Shown piece by piece: positions 10,337-20,416 of a DNA stretch of 64,000 nucleotides. The position numbers and the translations under genes are program-made. The stretch comes from Desulfovibrionaceae bacterium (GTDB taxonomy: Bacteria > Desulfobacterota > Desulfovibrionia > Desulfovibrionales > Desulfovibrionaceae), in NCBI GenBank assembly GCA_017454105.1, contig JAFTDR010000203.1, positions 2,529-66,528 of the forward strand, written 5' to 3'. Under the pieces are notes generated by a model, which was not told the DNA's origin, did not search any database, and worked only from the letters and a program-made list of their open reading frames with translations. Position 1 is the stretch's first letter; every line of letters begins with the position of its first letter.

Positions 10337-11224
10337 TTAGGAGAGGCTTATGCTAAAGTCAGCGCGCGGAGCAGAATTTGTCAAACGTCCAACGGAGATG
10401 AAATTGGGCCGTCTGTGGCTTATTTCGGCAAAGTGGCGGATGTTTTCAAGAGAAACGCCGCCACTCACTTCTGCCTCTACGCTCTCTGGAATTTTTGGAA
10501 GGGCTTCGCGCAGAAGATCGTCAGACATATTGTCGAGCATGATGCGGGACACACCGGCATAAAGCGCCTCATCAACATGCGCGATTGTCCGGCATTCGAC
10601 CTCAATGGGCGGGCAGGGCGAATACGAGGTGCGCAGTTTTTCGCAGGCCTGCGTGATTGAACCGTAGAGATCTATATGATTGTCCTTGAGCATCAGCATT
10701 TCTGTGAGATTTTTTCTGTGGTTTGTGCCGCCGCCCACAGTAACAGCGTATTTTTCAAGGTAGCGGAGTCCTGGCGTTGTTTTGCGGGTGTCAAGAAGGG
10801 TGACTCCTGTTCCTTCAAGTGCCTGGACAAAACGAGCCGTGTAGTTGGCAATACCCGAGAGATGGCAGAGGTAGTTTAAAATGACACGCTCAGCCTTGAG
10901 AAGGGCTACTGGTGCAGCCACAATGCGGCCGACTTCTGTGTGCGCTGCGACATGTGTTCCTTCCTCAACCAATCCTATGTATTCAAAGCGGACATTGAGG
11001 CGCTGCATGACAAGAGAGGCCATGGGCAGGCCGGCGACGAAGGTCTCTTCTTTCGCCCATATATGCGCCTCTTTCGGTTCATCGCTTGTAAAAAGAGCTT
11101 GAGCTGTCAGATCTAAAGCGTCTTCTTGGAGAGCCGCATCAACGTTGTCGACAATACCAGTATACCGAGTATTGGCATTTGCGAAAAATTCAGTCCATGT
11201 CATAAAAATTGGCAAAAAGCGCAT
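10337..11224 (-). CDS. nadC: Nicotinate-nucleotide pyrophosphorylase (carboxylating)
   Basis: ERVILNYL.HLSGIA, DTRKTTPGLR, NHR.NL...LMLKDNH, IMLDNM; start uncertain (11224 or 11203). Confidence 0.95.
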   Translation of the reverse strand: MRFLPIFMTWTEFFANANTRYTGIVDNVDAALQEDALDLTAQALFTSDEPKEAHIWAKEETFVAGLPMASLVMQRLNVRFEYIGLVEEGTHVAAHTEVGRIVAAPVALLKAERVILNYLCHLSGIANYTARFVQALEGTGVTLLDTRKTTPGLRYLEKYAVTVGGGTNHRKNLTEMLMLKDNHIDLYGSITQACEKLRTSYSPCPPIEVECRTIAHVDEALYAGVSRIMLDNMSDDLLREALPKIPESVEAEVSGGVSLENIRHFAEISHRRPNFISVGRLTNSAPRADFSISLS

Positions 11225-11284
11225 GTTTTTGCGCAGTTGCCTTCCTCCTTTTTTTAACACTGCCTTGACTTTGGCAGAAAAGAT

Positions 11285-11426
11285 TTCCGCGTACACGGAG
11301 TACACCAATAGGTCAAGCGTAGAAGCCTCATGCTCAGGACATGCTTGATTTGCACTCACTGACTGATCTCGTCAGAAGTTCAGCGTCCATTCTTGAACGA
11401 TAGTGTTGTAATCCGTACACGCAGAA
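11285..11426. mobile_element. MITE family B copy (short, diverged) upstream of nadC
   Basis: TTCCGCGTACACGGAGTAC ... GATAGTGTTGTAATCCGTACACGCAGAA. Confidence 0.6.
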
Positions 11427-11603
11427 AGATTTCAGGTGTCCGTTCACAGGTCAATGAAACAATACTGCACCCTGATTTCCCGGGTGTTTGGTTGACTACA
11501 AAGAGAATATTTCTTCGAAAGCAATGATTGTAATAGTGTAAGACTTAATTGTACGTCTTCAAGAGTGTCTGATTGTAAAATCAACCAACCCTATTACAGA
11601 CAC

Positions 11604-11828
11604 TTAAAGACCTAACTCCATGTACTTAATATATCCACATGCGCATCGAATTGTGATTCGCTCTTGATATTTACCCCAAATGTCAACATGTGGGGGCTGC
11701 TGACACTTCGGACATTTAACCGTTACGCGCCCATTCTCTAACATCTGCATCTTCGCCTGCATCGCCAATGAAGTGGATTGGCTCTCCGAACTTTCCTGCG
11801 ATATGTTTGTCTTCGCCTGGGTAACCAT
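11604..11828 (-). CDS. Small Zn-ribbon protein, putative immunity/partner of the upstream toxin-like ORF
   Basis: CPKC...CACG; AAGGAG RBS 7 nt before the ATG, embedded in the upstream ORF. Confidence 0.6.
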   Translation of the reverse strand: MVTQAKTNISQESSESQSTSLAMQAKMQMLENGRVTVKCPKCQQPPHVDIWGKYQERITIRCACGYIKYMELGL

Positions 11829-12341
11829 ATAAAATCTCCTTCATGAAGGCATCGTTTTTGATTCGCTGTCCAAACTCTTCTGCCCTAACTATCGCGTCGT
11901 CAATCAAATACGACTGCTCTAATCTTGACAGACCGGGCGTGATCTTCGCGGCATTTATGCTCGCCCTGACTTCATCTTCCCATTTTGGCGTCGTTACTAC
12001 ACCTTTATCTGCGTCTTCTAGATATTCCTGTCTGAACATGCGGTGTCCATAATATTCATGAGCAAGAACACATGCAATGCTCATCTTGTCTCGTGGGTGG
12101 GTGAGCCATACTCCAAATCTGGAAAAATATTTCTTCCTACGAACACCTTGTCTTCCGTAGGAGCATAGCAGGTTTTCGGATGCATTGGGTCATTGAAGAC
12201 AAATTCGGATTCATCTGCCTCGATCCTGCGTATTTCTTTCCTGACGAATTCAATCTCTTCTAGAGATAAGGGCTGATTCCCGACCATTCTCATTCCTCTA
12301 GATATTTCTCTTGATGTATTTTCATCTGAGATAAATTCCAT
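11716..12341 (-). pseudogene. Frameshifted metallopeptidase-like (HEYYGH) polymorphic-toxin-type domain
   Basis: ORFs 12081..12341 and 11716..12084 join into ...YGS(T)HPRDKMSIACVLAHEYYGHR...WEDEVRAS if one base is restored near 12100; GAGGT RBS before the ATG at 12341; AT-rich. Confidence 0.6.
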
Positions 12342-13155
12342 AATACCTCGAATTTGTTATAGTCAGTAAAAAATAAGTAGTTTTTTGGAAAAAAAACTAT
12401 CCGCTCACTGGTATGCTGTGGAATGCGCTTTCCTGACGATTTTGTGTTTTTGTGAGTCCGGCATGGGCGTTATTTATAGGGTAAAAGCAGGTCATAATCA
12501 TTTAAAATTTGATAAAATTTATCATAGACTTTTTTAATTATTTTACATTGTAAAGTATCCGCTCACGGGTGTATAGCGGGGCGTACATCCTACCTCGTTG
12601 TACCGCACCCATGGTAGAATGCGGACTTTGTCGGGACATAGCTGGAAGGGCCACGAGCCTGTATAGTACTGTTGAACTGTGAATAGATAGAAATATGCTT
12701 GTGTAAAATCGGTATTTATTGCTATAGACTATCTATCATTTATATAGAATTTATGTTAAAAAACTTTAGAACTTTTTGTCGGTAATATAAAAATATCTAT
12801 CCATACGGTTATTATATCTGTTTAATATGAATATAATAGTGTAGTTTTTTTATCTCAAATTTGTTTAACAAATTAATTATATTATAGTATTTTGAAAAAT
12901 ACACAATAATAACGTTATTAATTTATGATGTCTTTATATCGCCTACTAAAATATGGAAAATTTTAAATGATTATGAGCCACTTGTATGCTTGACTTTATT
13001 TTCCAATGCTACCCACTTTTAGTTCTAAGCCCCTGTCTGCGAGTGAAGCGATACGATTTCCAGTAGCCATCCACCATTTCGAATTATCCAATTCAGAGTT
13101 TTGTCTTTTCTGTTTTTGATGAGCTTTACGATCGGACCAAGTCCTGTTCTGAATT

Positions 13156-13250
13156 GATACTGCGGTCAGAAAAAAGTCGCCACTTGAAGTTAAAATATCA
13201 TACTCTGTACTGACTGCTGCTAGCAAAAATGTCAGTTTATTTCTGGCTTA
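13156..13250 (-). mobile_element. MITE family A copy (one end eroded)
   Basis: ATACTGCGGTCAGAAAAAAGTCGCCAC...GCAAAAATGTCAGTTTATTTCTGGCT matches the family consensus in reverse. Confidence 0.8.
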
Positions 13251-13879
13251 CGCCATTCTCGTCACCGTATACTCTCTTCCCTTTTGGTCGGTGGACTTAC
13301 CGCGTATCGCTAGTACAGTCGTCGCGAGTATAGTTATCAGCAATGGAATTGAGCAGGAAGTGTACACCCATTGTGAGTATACGTTCTGAGCGTACTCTAT
13401 TGGGGGATACGCAACGTGGGAGAGTACAGACCTCCCGAAATCGGCGACATTGCGCAGTTGCCTCAAATTTTTTTCTGCGTACGCAAGATGTCGCGAACTA
13501 TGAGTGTACAGAAGCAAGTTTGCCTGAACAAGATGTTTTCCTCTCCTTTTGATCGATATAGGTATCGCAAGAAGAAGTGGGATGGAAGATTGTATGCGTC
13601 GCAAGCAGTACCATTTAAGAAGTTGATTGCAATTGGGTGCATGACTTTTCGGCCACATCGTTTGCAATCAACCTGTACAAAGGCTGCCTCGCTCAGAAAT
13701 CGATGACCGGTGAGAGGAAACTCCTGCGGAACAAAGGTCCGTGCCTGGAGCGGAACGCCTTGCCCTCTCCAGAGGAGAGTCAGAAGAGAGAGCATTATTA
13801 GGTTTTCTTGAGAAAATATCTTGAATGTCTTTTGCGAGAGTGGTAAAAAAATGTAGCTTTGGGTAATCGTGAACGCAGA

Positions 13880-13981
13880 TATACTGCAGTCAGAAAAAAA
13901 GGACCACGTTGAGTTGAAAAGAGCAGACTCAGTGCAGACTTCTGTTTTCAAAAATGGCAGTTTGTTTCTGGCTGGAGTCTC
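13880..13981 (-). mobile_element. MITE family A copy upstream of mgtE
   Basis: TATACTGCAGTCAGAAAAAAA...CAGTTTGTTTCTGGCTGGAGT. Confidence 0.8.
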
Positions 13982-14079
13982 TATGCGCGATCGTTTTGCG
14001 AGAAAATTGCGGCCCAGAGCATGCGGCCCAGAGAGGAGTATTGGGAGAAAACGGCAAGAGAAACGTTAGGACAAAGAGA

Positions 14080-15459
14080 ATGACGGAAAAAACTGAAATT
14101 CCTGCAAAAGATGCCGCAGAAATGCAGCAAGAAGCGGGGGAAGAACAGCGCGGGCTCACGATACCTGAGATATGCAGGGGGTCCAATGAGGAGGCCTCGT
14201 TTGTTCATCCTGCCGACATGGCGGATCACCTGGAAAACCTAAGCCTAGAAAAACAGGTATGCGCTCTTAGGCACATGCCCAAGGAGGACGCTGCCGAGGC
14301 TCTTGCTGAATTGGAAGAGACCGTTGCCGTCGATGTACTGGAAAACCTTGACGCCGATACCGCCGCGCAGATCATCGCGGAAATGGCTCCCGACGACGCG
14401 GCTGACGTTCTTGATGAACTGGACGAAGATCACAGGGATGTGCTGCTTGGCCACCTGGAAAAGGAAGATTCGGAGGAACTCCGCAATCTTTTAAACTTTG
14501 ATCCCAATTCTGCCGCAGGTGTCATGAACACCGAGCTTATCCTCGTTGAACAGACACTGACTGTTGACGGGGCAATCGCCTGTATTCGGCATGAAATGGA
14601 GGAAAAAGAAAATCCCTATTACGCCTATGTCGTTGACGAGAAGGATATTCTTGTCGGCGTGCTATCTCTGCGCGATCTTATGCTCTCACGGCCCGGCACA
14701 ATTCTAAAAGACGCCGTCGCCGGGCAGAGCGTTGTGAGTGTTCCCTATGATATGGACAGGGGAGATGTCGCAGCTATTCTCTCCCACTACAATTATCTCG
14801 CTATCCCTGTTGTCGATTACGAAGGGCACATCATGGGCCTTGTGACGTACGACGATACCATGGATATCATGCACGAGGAGGCGAGTGCCGACATGCTCGG
14901 CATGGTCGGCGCTGACCCTGAGGAAAGCGTTGACACACCGTGGCTTGAAAGCGTGCAGAAGCGCCTGCCCTGGCTTGTTATCAATATGATCAATTCGGCC
15001 CTTTCCGCCTGGGTTGTCTACATGTTTGAAGGCTCAATCGCCCAAATGGCTGTCTTGGCCGTTCTTATGCCCATGGTCGCGAACCAGGCGGGAAATACAG
15101 GCCAACAGGCTCTTGCTGTTATGATACGCCAGCTTGCAACGGAGCGATTTGATCACAAAAAATCGTGGATGGCCGTTTTCCGTGAAGGAAAAATCGGCCT
15201 GGTCACCGGTATTTGCATGGCAGCCCTCGCGTATCTTGGAGCCTGGCTCTTTACTGGGAGTTTTCTGGTCGGCCTTGTTATGGCGAGTGCTCTTTTGTTT
15301 GACATGATTCTTGGCGCTATTGCCGGTGGGTCCATACCCTTGATTTTCCGCGCCCTAGGACGCGATCCCGCTCAAGCGTCGAGCATTTTTTTGACAACAC
15401 TCACAGACAGCGCAGGCTTTTTTATTTTTCTTGGACTCGCCACACTTATTCTACTATAG
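14080..15459 (+). CDS. mgtE: Magnesium transporter MgtE
   Basis: Acidic N-domain, CBS pair, RLPWL, PMVANQAGNTGQQ, DPAQASSIFLTTLTD. Confidence 0.95.
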   Translation: MTEKTEIPAKDAAEMQQEAGEEQRGLTIPEICRGSNEEASFVHPADMADHLENLSLEKQVCALRHMPKEDAAEALAELEETVAVDVLENLDADTAAQIIAEMAPDDAADVLDELDEDHRDVLLGHLEKEDSEELRNLLNFDPNSAAGVMNTELILVEQTLTVDGAIACIRHEMEEKENPYYAYVVDEKDILVGVLSLRDLMLSRPGTILKDAVAGQSVVSVPYDMDRGDVAAILSHYNYLAIPVVDYEGHIMGLVTYDDTMDIMHEEASADMLGMVGADPEESVDTPWLESVQKRLPWLVINMINSALSAWVVYMFEGSIAQMAVLAVLMPMVANQAGNTGQQALAVMIRQLATERFDHKKSWMAVFREGKIGLVTGICMAALAYLGAWLFTGSFLVGLVMASALLFDMILGAIAGGSIPLIFRALGRDPAQASSIFLTTLTDSAGFFIFLGLATLILL

Positions 15460-15838
15460 CTGTTGTTGCGTAGCCAGTGGTCATGGCGCGCGCTATGAGC
15501 GTGTTTTGTCCGTCATAAACCAGGACTTCATAGTTTTTGATACGCTTCCCTTCGCGGATTAAGCGCGCCTCGGCTATCAGGGGACCTGTCACGCCAGGGC
15601 TTAAATATTCTATAGATGTGTTCAGCGTCACGACAAAGTGTTCAGAATCCTCGTTGGCCGCAGCCCCAAAGGCTATATCGGCTATCGAGAAGATTGTACC
15701 CCCATGAGCGAACCCCATACCGTTTTTGAGTGAATCAGCAAGGGGCATGCTCACCTTGGCATACCCATGGCGAAGTTCAAGAATGCTCATGTTCATGAGC
15801 CGTAGGACTTTGTCGCGTTCAGCAACAGCATTCATCAT
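15446..15838 (-). CDS. PaaI family thioesterase
   Basis: NGMGFAHGGTIFSIADIAFG hot-dog fold motif. Confidence 0.85.
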   Translation of the reverse strand: MMNAVAERDKVLRLMNMSILELRHGYAKVSMPLADSLKNGMGFAHGGTIFSIADIAFGAAANEDSEHFVVTLNTSIEYLSPGVTGPLIAEARLIREGKRIKNYEVLVYDGQNTLIARAMTTGYATTAIVE

Positions 15839-15871
15839 GCAACAGATTTCCTTTTAACTGATATTCTTTGT

Positions 15872-15905
15872 GTACGGTCCCATAGGCGAGCCTATGGGAC
15901 CGTAC
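15872..15905. repeat. Perfect 34-bp palindrome between tpx and the paaI-like gene
   Basis: GTACGGTCCCATAGG-CGAG-CCTATGGGACCGTAC. Confidence 0.9.
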
Positions 15906-16163
15906 TTGTTTACAAACTTTCTGCGGGAAAAAACATGGCGCGAAAGGGAAGGCACTCTCAAATTGTTGGCTCTGGAAAATGTTCAAGTGAGCTTTTTACA
16001 GATACTAAAAGAGCTTGTCTGCTTTTGCCTGCGCTAGGAATTTTTTGCCGAGTTAAGCGCAAATCCAGCGAGGCGAGAGTTCCAAGAAGTCGCAGCAAAG
16101 GTGGGGGGAATGCCGACGTTTGGCCCAACAAGTCTCCCCAAAAGTGCAGACACGAGGCTTGCT

Positions 16164-16667
16164 TTATGCGTACTTGGCTAGTTCCGCGAGCGCCTTGTCG
16201 TAGTCGGGTTCATGGGTTACTTCAGAAACCAGTTCGCAGTACCGCAGAACGCCGCTTTTATCAATGATAAAGATGCTGCGCGCAAGCAGGTCGAGTTCCT
16301 TGATATAGATGCCATAGGCTTTGCCGAAACTTCCTGTGCGGTAGTCAGAGAGGGTTACGACCGCTTTCGCGTTGTGGGCACCACACCAGCGCGCCTGGGC
16401 AAAGGGCAAATCGCGGCTTACAGCAGCTATGACCACATCGCCAGAGAGTTTTGCCGCCTCCGTGTTGAAACGGCGCACTTCCATATCGCAGACAGGTGTG
16501 TCCAGGGAGGGAACGCAGACAAGAATGAGCGCCTTGCCGGCATACTCAGCGAGTGTGCGGTTGGCCAGGTCATTTGTTGTCAGTGAAAAATCAGGAGCTT
16601 TTTTTCCTACTTCAGGGAGTGTTCCTTCAAGATGAAGGGGATTGCCTTCAAATGTAACTGTTGCCAT
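16164..16667 (-). CDS. tpx: Thiol peroxidase (atypical 2-Cys peroxiredoxin)
   Basis: PSLDTPVCD, SRDLPFAQARWCG, LLARS, EVTHEPDY. Confidence 0.95.
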   Translation of the reverse strand: MATVTFEGNPLHLEGTLPEVGKKAPDFSLTTNDLANRTLAEYAGKALILVCVPSLDTPVCDMEVRRFNTEAAKLSGDVVIAAVSRDLPFAQARWCGAHNAKAVVTLSDYRTGSFGKAYGIYIKELDLLARSIFIIDKSGVLRYCELVSEVTHEPDYDKALAELAKYA

Positions 16668-16678
16668 TGTATCCTCGT

Positions 16679-17590
16679 TTAGTATGTCTGCTGAATACCA
16701 TCCAACTTCCATGTGCCGTCAGGCAGCGCACGGATGAAATGCCAGATTTCGCGTGCCGGCTCCGGTCTCACCTGATTTGGATCCTCACGCATAAGCACAT
16801 CGAAATACACCTGCGCCCGCTGTATGCCGGCATCGGTTGTCACGCCCATGAGCTGGACATTGATGGTGATAAGTTCGGTGTGCGAGGGATTCGGATCCTC
16901 TCGCATCTGGTTGCGGAGTTCATCCATAACGGCTGGAGTCGCGAACTGGGAGATATCGTCAAGATCCCTGCGGTCCCAGGACGACTGCATACGCACATAG
17001 GCCGCTTTGGCTCCCTGGAGGAATTCGTCAACATTGAAATCCGGCGGAACATTCGGCCCGCCGAATGTATTGCTGCCACTGCCTGTATAGGTATTGTCCT
17101 GATACTGCATGCCGTCCTGGGGCTGAGCGTAGCCGTAGCCCTGCTCGTATGACGGCTGTTGCTGCTGAGCCTGCTGGTTTGCCTGGAATCTGCGGAACAA
17201 TTTGTAACCAAAATAGCCGAGAACACCGAGAAGGAGAAGGTCAAAGATAAAGCCAAGGCCGCCACCGCCACCTCCGGCAACAGCGCCATGGCCACCGCCG
17301 AGCATGGAGCCAATAAGTGTGCCCGCGAGCAGGCCGCCAAAGAGGCCGCCCATAGCGCCCATGCCTGTGCTAGGACGAGGAGCCGCCTGTGGGGCGGGCG
17401 AGTACGGTCTCTGAGCCTGTGGCTGGGGTGATGCGGGTCTTGGAGCAGGAGCTGCGGAGCGCATTGCGGGGCTCCCGCCAAACGATTTTCCTCCGCCCAT
17501 GCGAGCCGCGTAACTTGAATCAACGTACGAGAGTGTCAGGGCAGTGCAGGCTAAGAAAAGAATGGAAAAGATAAGCCATTGTTTCATCAA
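16679..17590 (-). CDS. Tim44 domain-containing protein
   Basis: Signal peptide, ARMGGGKSFG, Gly/Pro-rich linker, FLQGAKAAYVRMQSSWD...EIWHF...WKLDGIQQ. Confidence 0.85.
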   Translation of the reverse strand: MMKQWLIFSILFLACTALTLSYVDSSYAARMGGGKSFGGSPAMRSAAPAPRPASPQPQAQRPYSPAPQAAPRPSTGMGAMGGLFGGLLAGTLIGSMLGGGHGAVAGGGGGGLGFIFDLLLLGVLGYFGYKLFRRFQANQQAQQQQPSYEQGYGYAQPQDGMQYQDNTYTGSGSNTFGGPNVPPDFNVDEFLQGAKAAYVRMQSSWDRRDLDDISQFATPAVMDELRNQMREDPNPSHTELITINVQLMGVTTDAGIQRAQVYFDVLMREDPNQVRPEPAREIWHFIRALPDGTWKLDGIQQTY

Positions 17591-17917
17591 TTTTTTTCGA
17601 CGCGGATACCCCGGTTTGTCAACCCAGGGAGGAAACGTCGCCTCCTTTGTTTTCCTCTATTGATACGAATAACCGTCGGATCTGCAAAAAAAAAAGACGG
17701 CAGTATTTCCATGGATAGGCCTAGAAGAGAGAGTTCGCTTTTTCTGACCCTGTTTTGCCATACCCGGCCGCATAATGGTTTTCCCTTGAAGGTAAAGAAG
17801 AGCAGCAGGGCTCACTTCATGTCGCGGGAAGAATCATTGTGACCTCGAACATATGTACTGGCCGATTACGATGGGCTCTGTTTGATGCCGTGTCGAGTAG
17901 ATATATACTCTTAGATA

Positions 17918-18090
17918 TATACTCTAGCCAGAAATTAACTGACATATTTGCGAACGAGAGTCAGCAATGAGTCTGGTATTTTCAACTCAAAGTGACAATT
18001 TTTTTTCTGACCGCAGTATACTTGAGCCAGAAACAAACTGACCTTTTTGCGAACTGTATCAGCACTCAAGTCTCGTATTTTCAAGAGCCA
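17918..18090 (+). mobile_element. Tandem MITE family A pair (full 103-bp copy plus truncated copy sharing a TATA)
   Basis: 17918..18020 TATACTCTAGCCAGAAA...TTTCTGACCGCAGTATA; second copy starts at 18017 TATACTTGAGCCAGAAA. Confidence 0.85.
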
Positions 18091-18211
18091 GATCGTCGTG
18101 GGTTTGAGTAGAGTCCAATGGGGAGCCGTCTCAAATGGCCACTTGACTTAAGAGAACGGACAGGTCTCTCTTTTCCGTATGCTTCTTTGCTTTGAACAGA
18201 TGGTGGATGTC

Positions 18212-19114
18212 TTATCGCGATTGGAAATTTTCACTGTCAACAAAAAACCAGTAGAGCGCGCCCATTGTGAACGCTTTTGGCTGCCCGTCTGCGCCCTTAA
18301 GCGGCGGACCCTCGCGCAGCGCCCTCGCACACCACCAGCCCGATCGGTTGAGGACTGCGGTAAACTGTCCGTTGGCATTCGTTTTAAAGACTTGGGATTC
18401 ATGCCAGGGTGTTGGAACTTTTTGGTTGTCTGTATTGATTCGTTCAAGAATAACCAGACAGTTAGGCTGGGCTTTCCCTTCAAAAAGCACGGTTCCCTGG
18501 AAGAGCGCAGGCGCAAGAAGACCAAAGGGGCGCGTTTGCGGGACAATTTCAAAGCGCTGGCCAGATTGCTCGTCCCAGCCTGTGTCGTCGCCGAAAACCG
18601 GAAGCATCACTTTAACAAAATGCTGCATAAAGCATGTCTGCGCGTCATTCCACCAGGGTTTGGTTTCAAGAAGAAAATGATAGAGTCCCGGCGATGTGAG
18701 CGCAACATTGGCCCCCCAGGCTTTTTTCCCCTTATACAGGATCTCCTCGACATCACCCAAGAGGTCGCCACGCAAAGGTTTCGGGTGGCCGTCGACGATG
18801 GGCTCAGTCCGTCTGTACAAGAGGACCGTGAAGGACTGCGGCGTGTCCATTGAGAAACATTCATTGCTGAAAGCGTGCATGCGCGTGATCAGAATGTCTG
18901 TTTCCTCGCGGATGCCTGCCTCGTCCTTTGTGGCCTGCGTCTTTGCCTGGGCTTTCTTGGGCTGGGTTTTGTTGATATCTGGCCTAGCCGGGATGAGCAG
19001 GGTCACCTGGGCGAGAGCCGGATTTGCAAGTAGGAGTGTTATGAAGATGAGTTGTGCAAGCAGCACAGATGCGAGAACAGAGAGGTTTTGCATGACGCGT
19101 GCGGTAAGGTCCAT
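18212..19114 (-). CDS. DUF4198 domain-containing protein
   Basis: KPWW...HFVKV...GWD...FEIVPQTRPFGL...FQGTVL...KTNANGQF...GWW pattern; signal peptide. Confidence 0.75.
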   Translation of the reverse strand: MDLTARVMQNLSVLASVLLAQLIFITLLLANPALAQVTLLIPARPDINKTQPKKAQAKTQATKDEAGIREETDILITRMHAFSNECFSMDTPQSFTVLLYRRTEPIVDGHPKPLRGDLLGDVEEILYKGKKAWGANVALTSPGLYHFLLETKPWWNDAQTCFMQHFVKVMLPVFGDDTGWDEQSGQRFEIVPQTRPFGLLAPALFQGTVLFEGKAQPNCLVILERINTDNQKVPTPWHESQVFKTNANGQFTAVLNRSGWWCARALREGPPLKGADGQPKAFTMGALYWFFVDSENFQSR

Positions 19115-19443
19115 GGCAACCTACTGTCGTTAAAATTCCGAGGCCCCAAACGCTCCCAACCGGGACAAAAACGTTTTGGATGTGTGCGCGTGTCTGGACT
19201 CATATTGAACCAAGATCCAGCGTACATCTTTGTACACACGGACTTTAGGGCGTCACAATGATGCTTCCCTGCCGGCCAATTGAGATCGCTTCCCTTTGGC
19301 TCTCCAGGGAAAATCATAGAGAAACACAAAAGTCCCAGAAGTGAGCGCAGTGAACGTTCGCATACGCTCTTGCGCAACAAACATCGCAACTGACTACGTC
19401 AAGATGCGATGTGCGCTATGATTTCAGCTTCGACTGCAGGGAG

Positions 19444-19546
19444 TGTACTTAAGCCAGAAATACACTGACATTTTTGCGAACGGGAGTCAGCATTCAAGTC
19501 AAGTATTGTCAACGTACAGTGGCAACTTTTTTTCTGACCGCAGTGT
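19444..19546 (+). mobile_element. MITE family A copy
   Basis: TGTACTTAAGCCAGAAA...GCGAACGGGAGTCAGCA...TTTCTGACCGCAGTG. Confidence 0.85.
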
Positions 19547-19684
19547 ATGTGACGTACAAGAGCATTGAAAGCCTGCTGCAGAGCCGCAGATGCGCGGGGC
19601 ACGCTCTCTGGCTACAGGCTGAAATGACCGTCTTTTGCTTGCCTTGGGCTTTTGCAATTCTTGCAAACGGCGCATTTGCGTGAG

Positions 19685-20416
19685 TTAAGGCGAAAGCTTG
19701 TCTTTCTCCTGCCAACGTGAAACGCCTTTGCTGCTCATTTGCGAGAGATTGCGACACACTGCGTACGTATCCTGTGTGAGCTGCCATTTTTTTTGCTCGG
19801 CGAAAAAAGCCGCATAGTCAGCATTTTTTTCGTCTGCTGTGCCTGTATTTTTGAGGGAGATGGCCAGATGCCGCATCATTTCATCGATTCCGTGAAGATA
19901 GTCCGCATCCGCCAGGAGATCCTCCCTGGTTTCAAGACCACGGCGAACACAGGTCGCAAGGATAGTGCGTGAGAGCAGGTCTAAAAAATAACGGAGGGTC
20001 AGAATTGCTCCGTCAAAGAGTTTGTCTCCCTTTTTGCGTCCTGCATGGAGCAAAACAAGGCTTGGTTTGCGTGTTTTTGACGTACGCTGGGCATGCCAGT
20101 AGCGCTGGCTTCTGTCAACAAGCGCTTTGCACTGTGCTGGCAGGGCATAAAAATAGATGGGCGCTACAAGTATGAGCAATTGGCATGCCCGCATGGCGTC
20201 GAGAATGGCCGATGCTTTGTCGTCTTCTCTGTCAAAAACACAGGCTCTGTGTGTCCTGCAAAAGCCGCAATTGGTGCAGGGGTGGATTGTTTGAGAGGAG
20301 AGAGTACACAGGTCTACGCGGATTGTTTCGCGTGTCAAAGCGTCTTCTATGTGGCGGGCAAGATGGGCTGTTACGCCGCACGCATTGGAGCTTGCCTGCA
20401 GTAAGAAGACGCTCAC
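19685..20416 (-). CDS. Flavodoxin family / NADPH-dependent FMN reductase with Fe-S motif
   Basis: PCTNCGFC and APIYFYALPAQCKALVDRSQ; GTG start overlaps the MBL hydrolase stop. Confidence 0.8.
   Translation of the reverse strand: MSVFLLQASSNACGVTAHLARHIEDALTRETIRVDLCTLSSQTIHPCTNCGFCRTHRACVFDREDDKASAILDAMRACQLLILVAPIYFYALPAQCKALVDRSQRYWHAQRTSKTRKPSLVLLHAGRKKGDKLFDGAILTLRYFLDLLSRTILATCVRRGLETREDLLADADYLHGIDEMMRHLAISLKNTGTADEKNADYAAFFAEQKKWQLTQDTYAVCRNLSQMSSKGVSRWQEKDKLSP

Noticed and set aside
12398-12566. Two copies of TATCCGCTCAC (reverse GTGAGCGGATA, like the lac operator core)
   Set aside because: Only 11 bp, lacks the AATT/ACAATT flanks, and there is no lac or vector context. Could be a local operator but is not supportable.
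12996-13226. 76-aa ORF
   Set aside because: Its 5' half lies inside a family A MITE; no recognisable motif.
13248-13951. 139-162 aa ORFs, one with CKRC
   Set aside because: Start within a MITE, overlap each other on both strands, and show no family motif or RBS.
16840-17523. 227-aa alternative-frame ORF
   Set aside because: Shadow of the GC-rich Tim44 gene.
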